From: an uncultured Chloroflexia bacterium
GTDB taxonomy: Bacteria; Chloroflexota; Limnocylindria; QHBO01
Length of the DNA stretch: 64,000 nucleotides
Direction: 5' to 3'
Assembly: GCA_963805305.1 (NCBI GenBank)
Contig: CAWDTM010000008.1
Coordinates: 450,885 to 514,884, forward strand
This document shows positions 8,801 to 17,548 of this stretch, in pieces; the first letter of the stretch is position 1; every line of letters starts with the position of its first letter. A program made the translations under genes and the position numbers. The notes under the pieces were generated by a model. That model saw only the letters and a program-made list of their open reading frames with translations, did not search any database and was not told the DNA's origin.

Positions 8801-10573
8801 ATGGCCTCCGTGATCCCGCCGCGCCTGGAATGGCTCCTCCCGGAGCCGATCGCCCTCCCGCCGGAGCTGCCCGGCTTCGGCGCGCCGGTCGCGACCCTCC
8901 TCGCGCGCCGAGGGATCACCGGCCCGGCCGCCCTGGAGCGATTCCTCTCGGCGAGCGCGGCCACCCTGCATCCGATCGAGCTGATGGCCGATGCGGAGCG
9001 AGCCCTCGACCGCATCGAAGCGGCCATCGCGGCGGGGGAGCGAATCGCCATCTGGGGTGACTACGACGCGGACGGGATGAGCGCCGTCGCCGTCTGGGTC
9101 CTGGCCCTGCGGGCGCTCGGGTCGGACCCGATCCGCCACGTCCCATCCCGGTTGTCGGAGGGCTACGGCCTCTCCGGATCCGGGCTTGCCGCGTTGGCGG
9201 ATCGCGGCGTCGGGCTCGTCATCACCTGCGACTGCGGCGTCACGAACGTCGCCGAGGTCGAAGTGGCGCGAAGCCTGGGCCTCTCGGTCATCATCACCGA
9301 TCACCACCTGCCCGGCCCCGCGCTGCCGGACGCCGCGGCGGTCGTCGACCCGCATCGTGCGGACTGTCGCTACCCGGACGAGGACCTGACCGGAGCCGGC
9401 CTCTCGTTCCGCCTGGGAACCGCACTGCTCGCGCGCCGCGGGATCGTGGCGGAGGACTTGGCCGCTTTGGCGGCCATCGGCACCGTCGCCGATCTCGCGC
9501 CCATGACCGGAGAGTCGCGCACCATCGTCACCCTCGGCGTGCAGCAGCTCGCCGCCACCAATCGCGCGGGACTGCGCGCGCTGCTTGCGCGCTCGGTGAG
9601 CGACCCCGGGCAACCCACCGCACGCGACCTCGCGTATGCCATAGCGCCGCGGATCAATGCGGCCGGACGCATCGCGGATGCCGAGCTGGCCATGGGCCTT
9701 CTCGTCTCCGATGACCCGGCCGAGGCGGAGCGCCTGGCGGACGAGCTCGAGATCGTCCATCGCCGCCGCCGGGAGCTCACCGCGACGGCACTCGACGAGG
9801 CGCGGCAGTGCGTGGCCGGCGCGGGCGTGCCCGACGGCACAGGTCCGCTCGTGATCCGCAACGACGGCTGGGAGCCGGGCCTGATCGGCCTGCTTGCCGG
9901 TCGCCTCGCGGACGAGCTGGGCCGGCCCGTGGCGGTGGTCAGCGCCGCCGACCAGGAGCTACGCGGCTCGGTGCGCGGCCCTGCAGACTTCCACGTGGCC
10001 GCAGCCCTCGAGGCCTGCGCCGCCCACCTCACCAAGCGTGGCGGGCACGCGGCGGCGGGCGGCTTCAGCCTCGCCGCGGAGGGATGGGATGGGTTCGAGC
10101 AGGCGTTCCGGGCACTGCCCCGGCCGTTCCCGGTCGATGCGCCGCCGGGCGGCGAACGACCGGGCAGCCTGACGGTGGACCTGGTGCTGCCCGCCGCGCG
10201 CGTGGGATGGCCGCTCGCCGCCGAGCTGGCTCGCCTGCAGCCGTACGGCCCGGGCAACGCGGAACCGGTCCTGGCGGTCACCGGGTTCGTGGTCGGTGAC
10301 GTGCGACGAGTCGGAGCCACGGATGCACACATCGCATTCCGCATGCGACGCGGGCTGGAGACGGTCGACGCCGTCTGCTTCGGCGCGCCGGCAGACCGGT
10401 CGCTTCCGCGGCCGGGGAGCCCGGTGGATCTCGTCGGCACCCTGGAGCGCGATCGCTACCTGGGCATGGATCGGCTCCGCCTCCGTGTCCTCGACTATGC
10501 CGATGCCGCTCTCAGCCCGTTGGTGGCGCGTCGCCGGGGTCCTGCCCGCGAGGCCGTGCCCGTGGCCGGGTGA
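8801..10573 (+). CDS. recJ: Single-stranded-DNA-specific exonuclease RecJ
   Basis: It has a DHH domain (IWGDYDADGMS, VITCDCG, IITDHHLP) and DHHA1 (GGHAAAGGFS). Length is 590 aa. Confidence 0.9.
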   Translation: MASVIPPRLEWLLPEPIALPPELPGFGAPVATLLARRGITGPAALERFLSASAATLHPIELMADAERALDRIEAAIAAGERIAIWGDYDADGMSAVAVWVLALRALGSDPIRHVPSRLSEGYGLSGSGLAALADRGVGLVITCDCGVTNVAEVEVARSLGLSVIITDHHLPGPALPDAAAVVDPHRADCRYPDEDLTGAGLSFRLGTALLARRGIVAEDLAALAAIGTVADLAPMTGESRTIVTLGVQQLAATNRAGLRALLARSVSDPGQPTARDLAYAIAPRINAAGRIADAELAMGLLVSDDPAEAERLADELEIVHRRRRELTATALDEARQCVAGAGVPDGTGPLVIRNDGWEPGLIGLLAGRLADELGRPVAVVSAADQELRGSVRGPADFHVAAALEACAAHLTKRGGHAAAGGFSLAAEGWDGFEQAFRALPRPFPVDAPPGGERPGSLTVDLVLPAARVGWPLAAELARLQPYGPGNAEPVLAVTGFVVGDVRRVGATDAHIAFRMRRGLETVDAVCFGAPADRSLPRPGSPVDLVGTLERDRYLGMDRLRLRVLDYADAALSPLVARRRGPAREAVPVAG

Positions 10574-10580
10574 GCAGCTG

Positions 10581-11414
10581 ATGGTCCATCCGGACGGGAC
10601 GCCGCTCGACCGGCTGCGCGCACGCGTTCGCACGCTGGGCGCCCCGCTCTGCCTGGGGATCGACCCCCATCCGGACCGATTGCCCGAGGAGCTGCCGCGC
10701 ACCGTTGCGGGCGTCGAGCGCTTCGCGCGGGGACTCATCGAGGCCGCGGCGGAGCAGGCTGCCGCGGTAAAGGTCAATGTCGCGTTCTTCGAGGCATTCG
10801 GCTCCGCGGGCCTCGCCGCCCTGGAGCGGGTGCGCGCCGACCTTCCCGCCGACCACTTCCTGATCCTCGACGCCAAGCGGGGCGATATCGGAACCACGGC
10901 CGAGCGCCAGGCGGAGGCGCTGCTGGGGCACCTGGAGGCGGATGCGGTGACCCTCTCCCCGTACCTGGGTGCGGATGCGATCGAGCCCTTCCTGGCATGG
11001 CCAGACCGGGTCGTCTACGTTCTGGCCCGGACCAGCAACCCGAGCGCGGGTGACCTGCAGGACGTGACGGCGGGCGGCTTGCCGCTCTACCGCCGGGTCG
11101 CCCGGTGGGTCGTCGAGCGATGGCCGGAGGCGCGGGTCGGCCTGGTTGCCGGCGCGACCGCGCCCGATGAGCTTCGCGCCCTGCGCGCCGACGTCCCGGA
11201 TCCGGCCTTCCTGGTGCCCGGCGTCGGAGCCCAGGGTGGCGACATGGCGGCGGCCGTCGCCACGTGCCATGGGCGCCGGGCCCCGGGCGTCGTCGCCCTT
11301 TCCCGCGCGATCAGTGGTGCGAGTCGGGGACCCGACTGGCAGGCGGCGGCTGCGTCTGCCGCCGAGCGCCTGCGGGGCGAGATGCGCGGGCTCGGTGCTA
11401 CACTCGGCCCATAG
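10581..11414 (+). CDS. pyrF: Orotidine 5'-phosphate decarboxylase (type 2)
   Basis: Motifs LCLGIDPHPD, VKVNVAFFEA, ILDAKRGDIGTT and VPGVGAQGG are present. I moved the start to the ATG at 10581, just after the recJ stop, because the upstream part of the track ORF (from 10296) overlaps recJ. Confidence 0.85.
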   Translation: MVHPDGTPLDRLRARVRTLGAPLCLGIDPHPDRLPEELPRTVAGVERFARGLIEAAAEQAAAVKVNVAFFEAFGSAGLAALERVRADLPADHFLILDAKRGDIGTTAERQAEALLGHLEADAVTLSPYLGADAIEPFLAWPDRVVYVLARTSNPSAGDLQDVTAGGLPLYRRVARWVVERWPEARVGLVAGATAPDELRALRADVPDPAFLVPGVGAQGGDMAAAVATCHGRRAPGVVALSRAISGASRGPDWQAAAASAAERLRGEMRGLGATLGP

Positions 11415-11473
11415 TCCCGTCCCGCCGAGCCGGGCGGGCCGATCGGATGTACGCGAGGTGCCAACGCAGGCTC

Positions 11474-11725
11474 ATGCCGTTCAACATCGGCCCGGGCGAG
11501 TTGATTCTCGTCCTGGTCATCGTTCTGATCCTCTTCGGCCCCGGCAAGCTGCCCGACATCGGGAGCGCGATCGGCAAGGGGGTGCGGGAGTTCCGCAAGG
11601 CATCCAGCGACCTCGAGGACTCCATTCGCGGCGAGCCGGCAGCGACGCCGCCAGCGGAGGAGAAGGCAGGCACCCCGTCATCGGGCAGCAACGCGTCGAG
11701 TCCGCCGCCGTCCGAACCCAAGTAG
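11474..11725 (+). CDS. tatA: Sec-independent (Tat) translocase subunit TatA/E
   Basis: MPFNIGPGELILVLVIVLILFGPGKLPDIGSAIGKGVREFRKA is the canonical TatA TM plus amphipathic helix. I used the internal ATG at 11474 of track ORF 11264-11725. Confidence 0.85.
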   Translation: MPFNIGPGELILVLVIVLILFGPGKLPDIGSAIGKGVREFRKASSDLEDSIRGEPAATPPAEEKAGTPSSGSNASSPPPSEPK

Positions 11726-11785
11726 CCGACCGGGCGCGGCATTCGCCGCCGCCGGTCAGTTCGCCCGCCTGCGCCTGAGGCCCCG

Positions 11786-12496
11786 ATGACCAACGACGCG
11801 ACGGCGATGTCGCTGATCGAGCATCTCGAGGAGCTGCGTCGCCGCCTGATCATCATCGTCATCGCCATCGTCCTGGCGGCGATCGCGGGTTTCGTCCTCT
11901 CGAAGCCGGTGCTTGACCTCCTGCGACAGCCGCTACCCGCCGGCTACGAGGACGTGTACTTCACGACCGTCGGTGGCGCGTTCGGAGTCCGGGTCAAGAT
12001 CGCGGTCTTCGTGGGGATCGCCCTCGCCATGCCGGTGATCCTCTATCAGCTCTGGCGCTTCGTGACCCCGGGCTTGACGAAACGGGAGCGACGCGTCGTC
12101 TGGCCGCTCATGCTAGCGGCGCTGCTCCTGTTCTCGATCGGCATGGGCGTGGGCTATTTCATCATCCCGTTCGCCCTGACCTTCCTGCTGGGCTTCGCGG
12201 AGCCGCACCTGAAGCCCCTCCTGACCATCAACGAGTACATCGGCTTCGTCACCACCATGATGCTGGCCTTCGGCCTCGTGATGGAGTTCCCGATCGTGCT
12301 CATCGCGCTCGCGCGGGTCGGGATCCTCTCCTACCGTCGGGTCGCCGCGCAGCGCCGGTTCGTGATCCTGGGGATCGTGATCTTCGCGGTCGTGGTCACG
12401 CCCGGCGGCGATCCGTTCTCGCCGTCCGTCCTCTCCGCGGTGATGTACGTCCTGTTCGAGGCGTCGCTCCTCGTGATGCGCTTCGTTCGTCGATGA
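11786..12496 (+). CDS. tatC: Tat translocase subunit TatC
   Basis: It is a six-TM protein starting MSLIEHLEELRRRLI, with TPGL..E.R, and lies directly downstream of tatA. Confidence 0.9.
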   Translation: MTNDATAMSLIEHLEELRRRLIIIVIAIVLAAIAGFVLSKPVLDLLRQPLPAGYEDVYFTTVGGAFGVRVKIAVFVGIALAMPVILYQLWRFVTPGLTKRERRVVWPLMLAALLLFSIGMGVGYFIIPFALTFLLGFAEPHLKPLLTINEYIGFVTTMMLAFGLVMEFPIVLIALARVGILSYRRVAAQRRFVILGIVIFAVVVTPGGDPFSPSVLSAVMYVLFEASLLVMRFVRR

Positions 12497-13500
12497 GCCC
12501 CGGCCAGCGCGTCCTGCTGCTGACCGACGCGGCGATGGGGCTGCATGCGGCTCCGGAGCACCCGGAGCGGCCCGAGCGCCTGGCGGCCGTGGTCGACGGC
12601 GTTCGCGACGGTTGCGCGCTCGCGGGCGCGCGCCTCGATGAGCACGCTCCGTCCCCCGCGGACGCGGTCGCGATCAGCATGGTCCACGATCCGCAGTACG
12701 TCGCGGCCCTCGATGCCTTCGAGGGTGCGGGCGGGGGGTGGGTGGACCCCGACACCTACGTCTCGACCGGGACGATGCGTGCCGCTCGCCTGTCGGCCGG
12801 TGCCGCCATCGAGGCTGCGGAGTCCGTGGCCCGTGGCGAGGTGGCTGTGGCGTTCGCCGCGGTGCGGCCGCCCGGCCATCACGCCGCGGCCCGGCGTGCC
12901 GGCGGGTTCTGCCTGCTCAACAACGTTGCCATCGCCGCGGAGGCGCTTCTCCGTTCGGGCGCCGCCGAGCGCGTTGCGATCCTGGACTGGGACGTCCACC
13001 ACGGGGACGGGACCCAGGAGGTCTTCGACCATCATCCGGAGGTCCTCTATGCCTCGACCCACCAGCGCCCGCTTTTCCCCGGGACCGGGGCGCCGGGCGA
13101 GCGCGGCCGGGGCGAGGCGCAGGGAACGATGCACAACGTCACCCTGCTCCCCGGCGCGGACGACGTCGCCTTCGTCGACGCCTGGCGTGACCGGCTCCTG
13201 CTCGAGGTGGATGCCTTCGAACCGGACGCGATCCTCATCTCGGCCGGGTACGACGGACATCGCGACGATCCCCTGGCCCACCTGTCGCTCACCGCGGCGG
13301 GATATGCGCAGGTGGCACGCGCGGTCGGCGCGCTGGCGCGAAGGCACGGGCTGTCGGGAGCGGCGGTCGTGCTCGAGGGAGGCTACGACCTGGCAGCGCT
13401 CCGCGCGTCGGTGGCCTCCACGGTTGAGGGCCTGCTGGCGGGTCTGGCCGACGGGGGCGCCTCGGGGGCGATCGGCAGCTCCCCGGCCGGCGCGCCGTGA
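12493..13500 (+). CDS. Histone deacetylase-family (arginase-fold) deacetylase
   Basis: HDAC motifs are present: VRPPGHHA, ILDWDVHHGDGTQ, SAGYDGH and LEGGYD. Its start overlaps the tatC stop (ATGA). Confidence 0.85.
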   Translation: MSPGQRVLLLTDAAMGLHAAPEHPERPERLAAVVDGVRDGCALAGARLDEHAPSPADAVAISMVHDPQYVAALDAFEGAGGGWVDPDTYVSTGTMRAARLSAGAAIEAAESVARGEVAVAFAAVRPPGHHAAARRAGGFCLLNNVAIAAEALLRSGAAERVAILDWDVHHGDGTQEVFDHHPEVLYASTHQRPLFPGTGAPGERGRGEAQGTMHNVTLLPGADDVAFVDAWRDRLLLEVDAFEPDAILISAGYDGHRDDPLAHLSLTAAGYAQVARAVGALARRHGLSGAAVVLEGGYDLAALRASVASTVEGLLAGLADGGASGAIGSSPAGAP

Positions 13501-13549
13501 CCGCCCCGCACCACGGCTATACTCGATGCCCACCGCCAACCCAGGGGAG

Positions 13550-14542
13550 ATGAGCGTGCGACGCAGCGCGGGGAGCACAGTCACGGGGCGGGGACGGGCA
13601 CGTGCCGCCACGACGCCCGCCGGCTCCGCCCGGGCCCGTCGGACGACCGTCGCGGGGGCGATCGCGCCGGAGTCCGAGCGTGAGGGCCTGGTCGTCATCC
13701 TCAGCGGTCTCTCCGGCGCGGGGAAGAGCCAGGCCTCGAAGCTGTTCGAAGACCTGGGCTTCGCCTGCATCGACAACCTGCCCACCGACCTTCTCGACGG
13801 ATTCATCGCCCTGCGCTCCGCGAACCCGGACCGATTCCGGGACGTGGCCCTCGTCCTGGACATCCGCGGCGGCGATCCCGCGCCGGCCATCGCCCGCGCT
13901 CGATCCGCTCTTGGTGAGCGTGGCGCGGAGCCCGTGGTCATCTATCTCGAGGCCAGCGACGCGGTCATCGTCAGCCGGTTCGCGGAGACGCGCCATCGGC
14001 ATCCGCTTCCGTCGCGCGCCGGCGTCCAGGCCTCGATCGCCGAGGAACGGGAGCGCCTTCGGGCGACGCGCGAGCTCGCCGACCACGTCCTCGACACGAG
14101 CGGACTGTCGATCGGCCAGCTCAAGGAGCGCCTCCTGGGTCTGGTGCCGAGATATCCCGCCGACGCCGCGCTGCAGATCGAGATCGTCACGTTCGGGTTC
14201 AAGTTCGGCATCCCCCTCGAGGCCGACCTCGTCTTCGACGTCCGCTTCCTGAACAACCCGTACTGGATCCCGGACCTCAAGCCGCTCTCCGGGCTGCATG
14301 CCTCGGTGCGCGACTTCGTCCTGAGCCAGCCGCGCGCGCGGCGATTCCTCGAGCTCGTGCAGGAGCTCCTCGAGCTCACCGTCCCGGCCTTCCGGGCGGA
14401 GGGCAAGAGCAGGCTCATCGTCGCCCTGGGGTGCACCGGCGGCTACCATCGGTCCATCGCGCTCGCCGAGGAGCTGGCCGAGCGCCTCAAGGGCCGGGAC
14501 GAAACCACCGTGAGCATCTTCCACCGGGAGCTCGAGCGATGA
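13550..14542 (+). CDS. rapZ: RNase adapter / nucleotide-binding protein RapZ (YvcJ)
   Basis: It has the Walker A LSGLSGAGKS, FLEASD-like YLEASD and the C-terminal signature GCTGGYHRS. The start is ambiguous (ATG 13526, ATG 13550 or GTG 13556, all in frame). The long track ORF from 12545 is an upstream extension that overlaps the deacetylase gene. Confidence 0.9.
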   Translation: MSVRRSAGSTVTGRGRARAATTPAGSARARRTTVAGAIAPESEREGLVVILSGLSGAGKSQASKLFEDLGFACIDNLPTDLLDGFIALRSANPDRFRDVALVLDIRGGDPAPAIARARSALGERGAEPVVIYLEASDAVIVSRFAETRHRHPLPSRAGVQASIAEERERLRATRELADHVLDTSGLSIGQLKERLLGLVPRYPADAALQIEIVTFGFKFGIPLEADLVFDVRFLNNPYWIPDLKPLSGLHASVRDFVLSQPRARRFLELVQELLELTVPAFRAEGKSRLIVALGCTGGYHRSIALAEELAERLKGRDETTVSIFHRELER

Positions 14543-15861
14543 AGCGCCGGCAGCTGCCGCGCTGGCTCTACCCGGGGATGCACCTCAAGCGCTGGCTGCT
14601 GCTCGCCTTCCTGGGGATCACGATCCTTGGCCTCGGGGCGGCGATCTTCCTCGTGGACCTGTACCGGCGCTATGGGCTGGACAACGTGTCGATCGTCTTC
14701 TGGGTCACGGGCGCCGGCCTCGAACGACCGATCCGGGCCGCGGTGGTCGTCGCGGCCGGGCTGACGATCACCGGCCTCGGCGTGTGGGGACTCATGCGCA
14801 GCATCGTCTCGCCGTTCGTGGCGCGCGGGGACAGCGTCCTCGAGGTGCTCTACACGAAGCGCTACCTCGCACGCGGGCCGCGCATCGTGGCGATCGGCGG
14901 CGGCACCGGCCTCTCGACGCTGCTCCGCGGGCTGAAGGGGTACAGCGCCAACATCACCGCCGTGGTCGCTGTTGCCGACGACGGGGGGTCGTCGGGTCGC
15001 CTGCGGCAGCAGCTCGGCATCGTGCCCCCCGGCGACATCCGGAACTGCATCGCGGCGCTGGCAGACGCGGAGCCGCTGATGACGCAGCTCATGCAGTACC
15101 GCTTCCCGCCCGGCTCCGGGCTGGACGATCACGCCTTCGGGAACCTCTTCATCGCCGCCATGACCGCGGTCACCGGCGACTTCGAAGAGGCGGTCCGCGA
15201 GTCGAACCGGGTCCTTGCCGTCCGTGGCCAGGTCCTCCCCGCGACCAGCGTGCCGCTCAACCTGTCGGCTCGCCTCGCATCCGGCCGCCGAATCGACGGC
15301 CAGGTCGGCGTGGGCACCGCGGAGGAGCCCATTGAGCGGGTCTTCATCGAACCCGCCGATGTGCGGGCCAACCCCGAAGCCCTCGAACGGATCCTCGAGG
15401 CGGACATGATCGTGATGGGTCCCGGGAGCCTCTTTTCGAGCGTGCTCCCCAACCTGCTCATCAGCGACATTCGCGATGCGCTGTCGGCGGCGCAGGGGCT
15501 GCGGATCTACGTGTGCAACGTGGCGACCCAGCCCGGCGAGACGGCGGCCTTCTCGGCGGCCGAGCACCTCGAGGCGCTCTTTGCCCACATCGGCGAGGGA
15601 CTGATCGATTACGTGCTCCTGAACCACAACCAGGACGCGCGCCGACCGGAGGGCTGGCAGGGGCAGCCGGTGGTGATCGATGCGCGCAGGCTCGAGGAGC
15701 TGCCGGTGGTCGTCGTCGAGGAGGACCTCGTGGACGTCACGAACGCCCACCGTCATGACCCCGCGAAGCTTGCTGCCGCCCTCATGCGGCTGCAGCAGGA
15801 GGACCGCGTGGAGCGTCCGCGGCAGCGCCGGATCACCCGGCCGGACGCCCGGGCCAGCTGA
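14539..15861 (+). CDS. yvcK: YvcK/CofD-like gluconeogenesis-factor family protein with an N-terminal two-TM extension
   Basis: The core motifs IVAIGGGTGLSTLLRGLK, VADDGGSSG and VMGPGSLFSSVLPNLL are present. The ATG at 14539 overlaps the rapZ stop (ATGA). About 115 residues with two hydrophobic helices come before the conserved core. Confidence 0.9.
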   Translation: MKRRQLPRWLYPGMHLKRWLLLAFLGITILGLGAAIFLVDLYRRYGLDNVSIVFWVTGAGLERPIRAAVVVAAGLTITGLGVWGLMRSIVSPFVARGDSVLEVLYTKRYLARGPRIVAIGGGTGLSTLLRGLKGYSANITAVVAVADDGGSSGRLRQQLGIVPPGDIRNCIAALADAEPLMTQLMQYRFPPGSGLDDHAFGNLFIAAMTAVTGDFEEAVRESNRVLAVRGQVLPATSVPLNLSARLASGRRIDGQVGVGTAEEPIERVFIEPADVRANPEALERILEADMIVMGPGSLFSSVLPNLLISDIRDALSAAQGLRIYVCNVATQPGETAAFSAAEHLEALFAHIGEGLIDYVLLNHNQDARRPEGWQGQPVVIDARRLEELPVVVVEEDLVDVTNAHRHDPAKLAAALMRLQQEDRVERPRQRRITRPDARAS

Positions 15862-15872
15862 TCGCCCCGTCA

Positions 15873-16781
15873 ATGCTCGTTGCCAGCGAGGTGAAGGGCG
15901 AGCTGGCCCGGATCGTGCCTGCCCGTGCCTGTTGCCGGCGCGCTGAGCTGGCCGGGCTCCTGTGGGCGGACCGCACCATGGGCGGCGTCAGCACGTTCGA
16001 CCATGCGACGGCGCGCATCGCGGTCCAGCTGGCGACCCTGCTCGGCGTCCAGGTCTCCGGGCCGCACCCCGTCACGCACGCTGCGGGGGCGGGACGGGCG
16101 GCACGTGGACGGAGTCGCCACCACCTCGTCGTGGGGCTGGACGAGTCGTCGGTCGGATCGTGGACCTGGGGCACGGCACCGGCCTGTGACCGGCGTGCCT
16201 TCCTGCGCGGCGTGCTGCTCGGCGGTGGGTCCATCTCGCTCCCGGCGAACGGTCCGCATGTCGAGTTCGTGTTCCGTGAACGGGAGCGCGCGGCGGAGCT
16301 TCTCGCGCGCCTGGCCGCCAGCGACGTCCATGGCGGGCTGCTCGAGCGACGCGGCCGCTGGGTGGCCTACCTGAAGGGGCGCGAGGAGATCGCGACCCTC
16401 CTGCAGCTGACCGGCGCGAACCGCGGCCTCCTGGACTTCGAGACGAGCCGGGTCGGTCGGGACGTGCAGAACCGGCTCAATCGCCTCCTGAATGCGGAGG
16501 AGGCGAACCTCGCGAGAACCGTCCGCGCGGCCGATCGCCAGATGCAGGCCATCGCGGCGCTCGAACGATCCGGCCGCCTGGGGACCCTCTCCGAAGGGCT
16601 CCGGGCTGCTGCGACCGAGCGGCGCCTGCAGCCGGACGCAGACCTTGACACACTGTCCGTCACGCTGGGCGTGAGCCGCTCGGCGGCGAACTACCGCCTG
16701 CGGAGGCTCGTCGAGCTGGCCGCAGGCGACGAACACGGTCCAGCCGCGACGCGAGAACCGAAACGGAGGGCGGCATCGTGA
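15873..16781 (+). CDS. whiA: Sporulation/cell-division transcription regulator WhiA
   Basis: It has the N-terminus VKGELARI.P...CC..AEL.GLL, a LAGLIDADG-like middle region and a C-terminal HTH (LSVTLGVSRSAANYRLRRL). It sits in the conserved rapZ-yvcK-whiA order. Confidence 0.9.
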   Translation: MLVASEVKGELARIVPARACCRRAELAGLLWADRTMGGVSTFDHATARIAVQLATLLGVQVSGPHPVTHAAGAGRAARGRSRHHLVVGLDESSVGSWTWGTAPACDRRAFLRGVLLGGGSISLPANGPHVEFVFRERERAAELLARLAASDVHGGLLERRGRWVAYLKGREEIATLLQLTGANRGLLDFETSRVGRDVQNRLNRLLNAEEANLARTVRAADRQMQAIAALERSGRLGTLSEGLRAAATERRLQPDADLDTLSVTLGVSRSAANYRLRRLVELAAGDEHGPAATREPKRRAAS

Positions 16782-17548
16782 ACCCCGGACGAACGCCGGT
16801 CATCGCCGGCAACTGGAAGATGAACCCGACCAGCCGCGCTGACGCCGTTGGCCTCGCGAGCTCGGTGGCCGATCGCATGGCCGCGCTCGACGCGATCACC
16901 GTCGTGTGCCCGCCGACGATCTGGCTCGAGCCGGTCTCGGCGGCGGTCGCCGGCCGCGTGGGCGTGGGTGCCCAGACCATGGCCTCCCAGGAGAAGGGCG
17001 CCTTCACCGGCGAGACCTCCCCGCTCATGCTGGCCGATGTCGCCGGCTGGGTGATCCTGGGGCACTCGGAGCGTCGCCAGTACGACGGCGAGACCGACGA
17101 GCGCGTTGGCGCCAAGGTCGCGAGCGCGGTGGGGCACGGGCTGCGGCCGATCGCCGCGATCGGGGAGCGGATCGAGCAGCGCGAGGCAGGCAAGACGAGC
17201 GCGGTCATTGACCGGCAGCTGCGCGCGGCGCTGGCGGCCCTGTCGCCGATCGCCGGGAGTGGCCTCGCGATCGCCTATGAGCCGATCTGGGCGATCGGCA
17301 CCGGGAACGCCGCGTCGGGTGACGACGCGCAGGCGGTGGCCGCCCAGATCAGGGCCATCCTCATCGAGGTCGGCGGGGAAGAAGCCGCCGCGCAGGTGCC
17401 CATCCTCTACGGCGGCAGCGTGACCGCGGCCAACGCGGCGGAATTCTTCTCCCAGCCCGATGTGGACGGGGCGCTCGTGGGTGGCGCCTCCCTCGATCCG
17501 GACGGGTTCGCCGCCATCGGCGCGGCGGCCGTGGCCCAGCGTCCATGA
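16778..17548 (+). CDS. tpiA: Triosephosphate isomerase
   Basis: Motifs IAGNWKMN, ILGHSERR, AYEPIWAIGTG and LYGGSV are present. Its GTG start overlaps the whiA stop. Confidence 0.95.
   Translation: MNPGRTPVIAGNWKMNPTSRADAVGLASSVADRMAALDAITVVCPPTIWLEPVSAAVAGRVGVGAQTMASQEKGAFTGETSPLMLADVAGWVILGHSERRQYDGETDERVGAKVASAVGHGLRPIAAIGERIEQREAGKTSAVIDRQLRAALAALSPIAGSGLAIAYEPIWAIGTGNAASGDDAQAVAAQIRAILIEVGGEEAAAQVPILYGGSVTAANAAEFFSQPDVDGALVGGASLDPDGFAAIGAAAVAQRP

Noticed and set aside
6238-9051. A 937-aa minus-strand ORF spanning secD, secF and the start of recJ.
   Set aside because: It is an antisense shadow ORF typical of high-GC DNA. It is extremely Arg/Gly/Asp/Pro-rich with no recognisable motifs, and it lies opposite three genes that carry unambiguous conserved motifs.
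12545-13549. In-frame upstream extensions in the ORF track: 10296-10580, 12545-13549, 14431-14538, 34563-35234, 35918-36139, 49478-49753, 53221-53538, 54411-54521, 56682-57551, 58494-59090 and 60612-60998.
   Set aside because: These extensions overlap the preceding, well-supported genes in another frame, or run through the T-box leader or attR. The conserved protein cores begin at the internal starts I used, many of which form ATGA/GTGA overlaps with the upstream stop codon.
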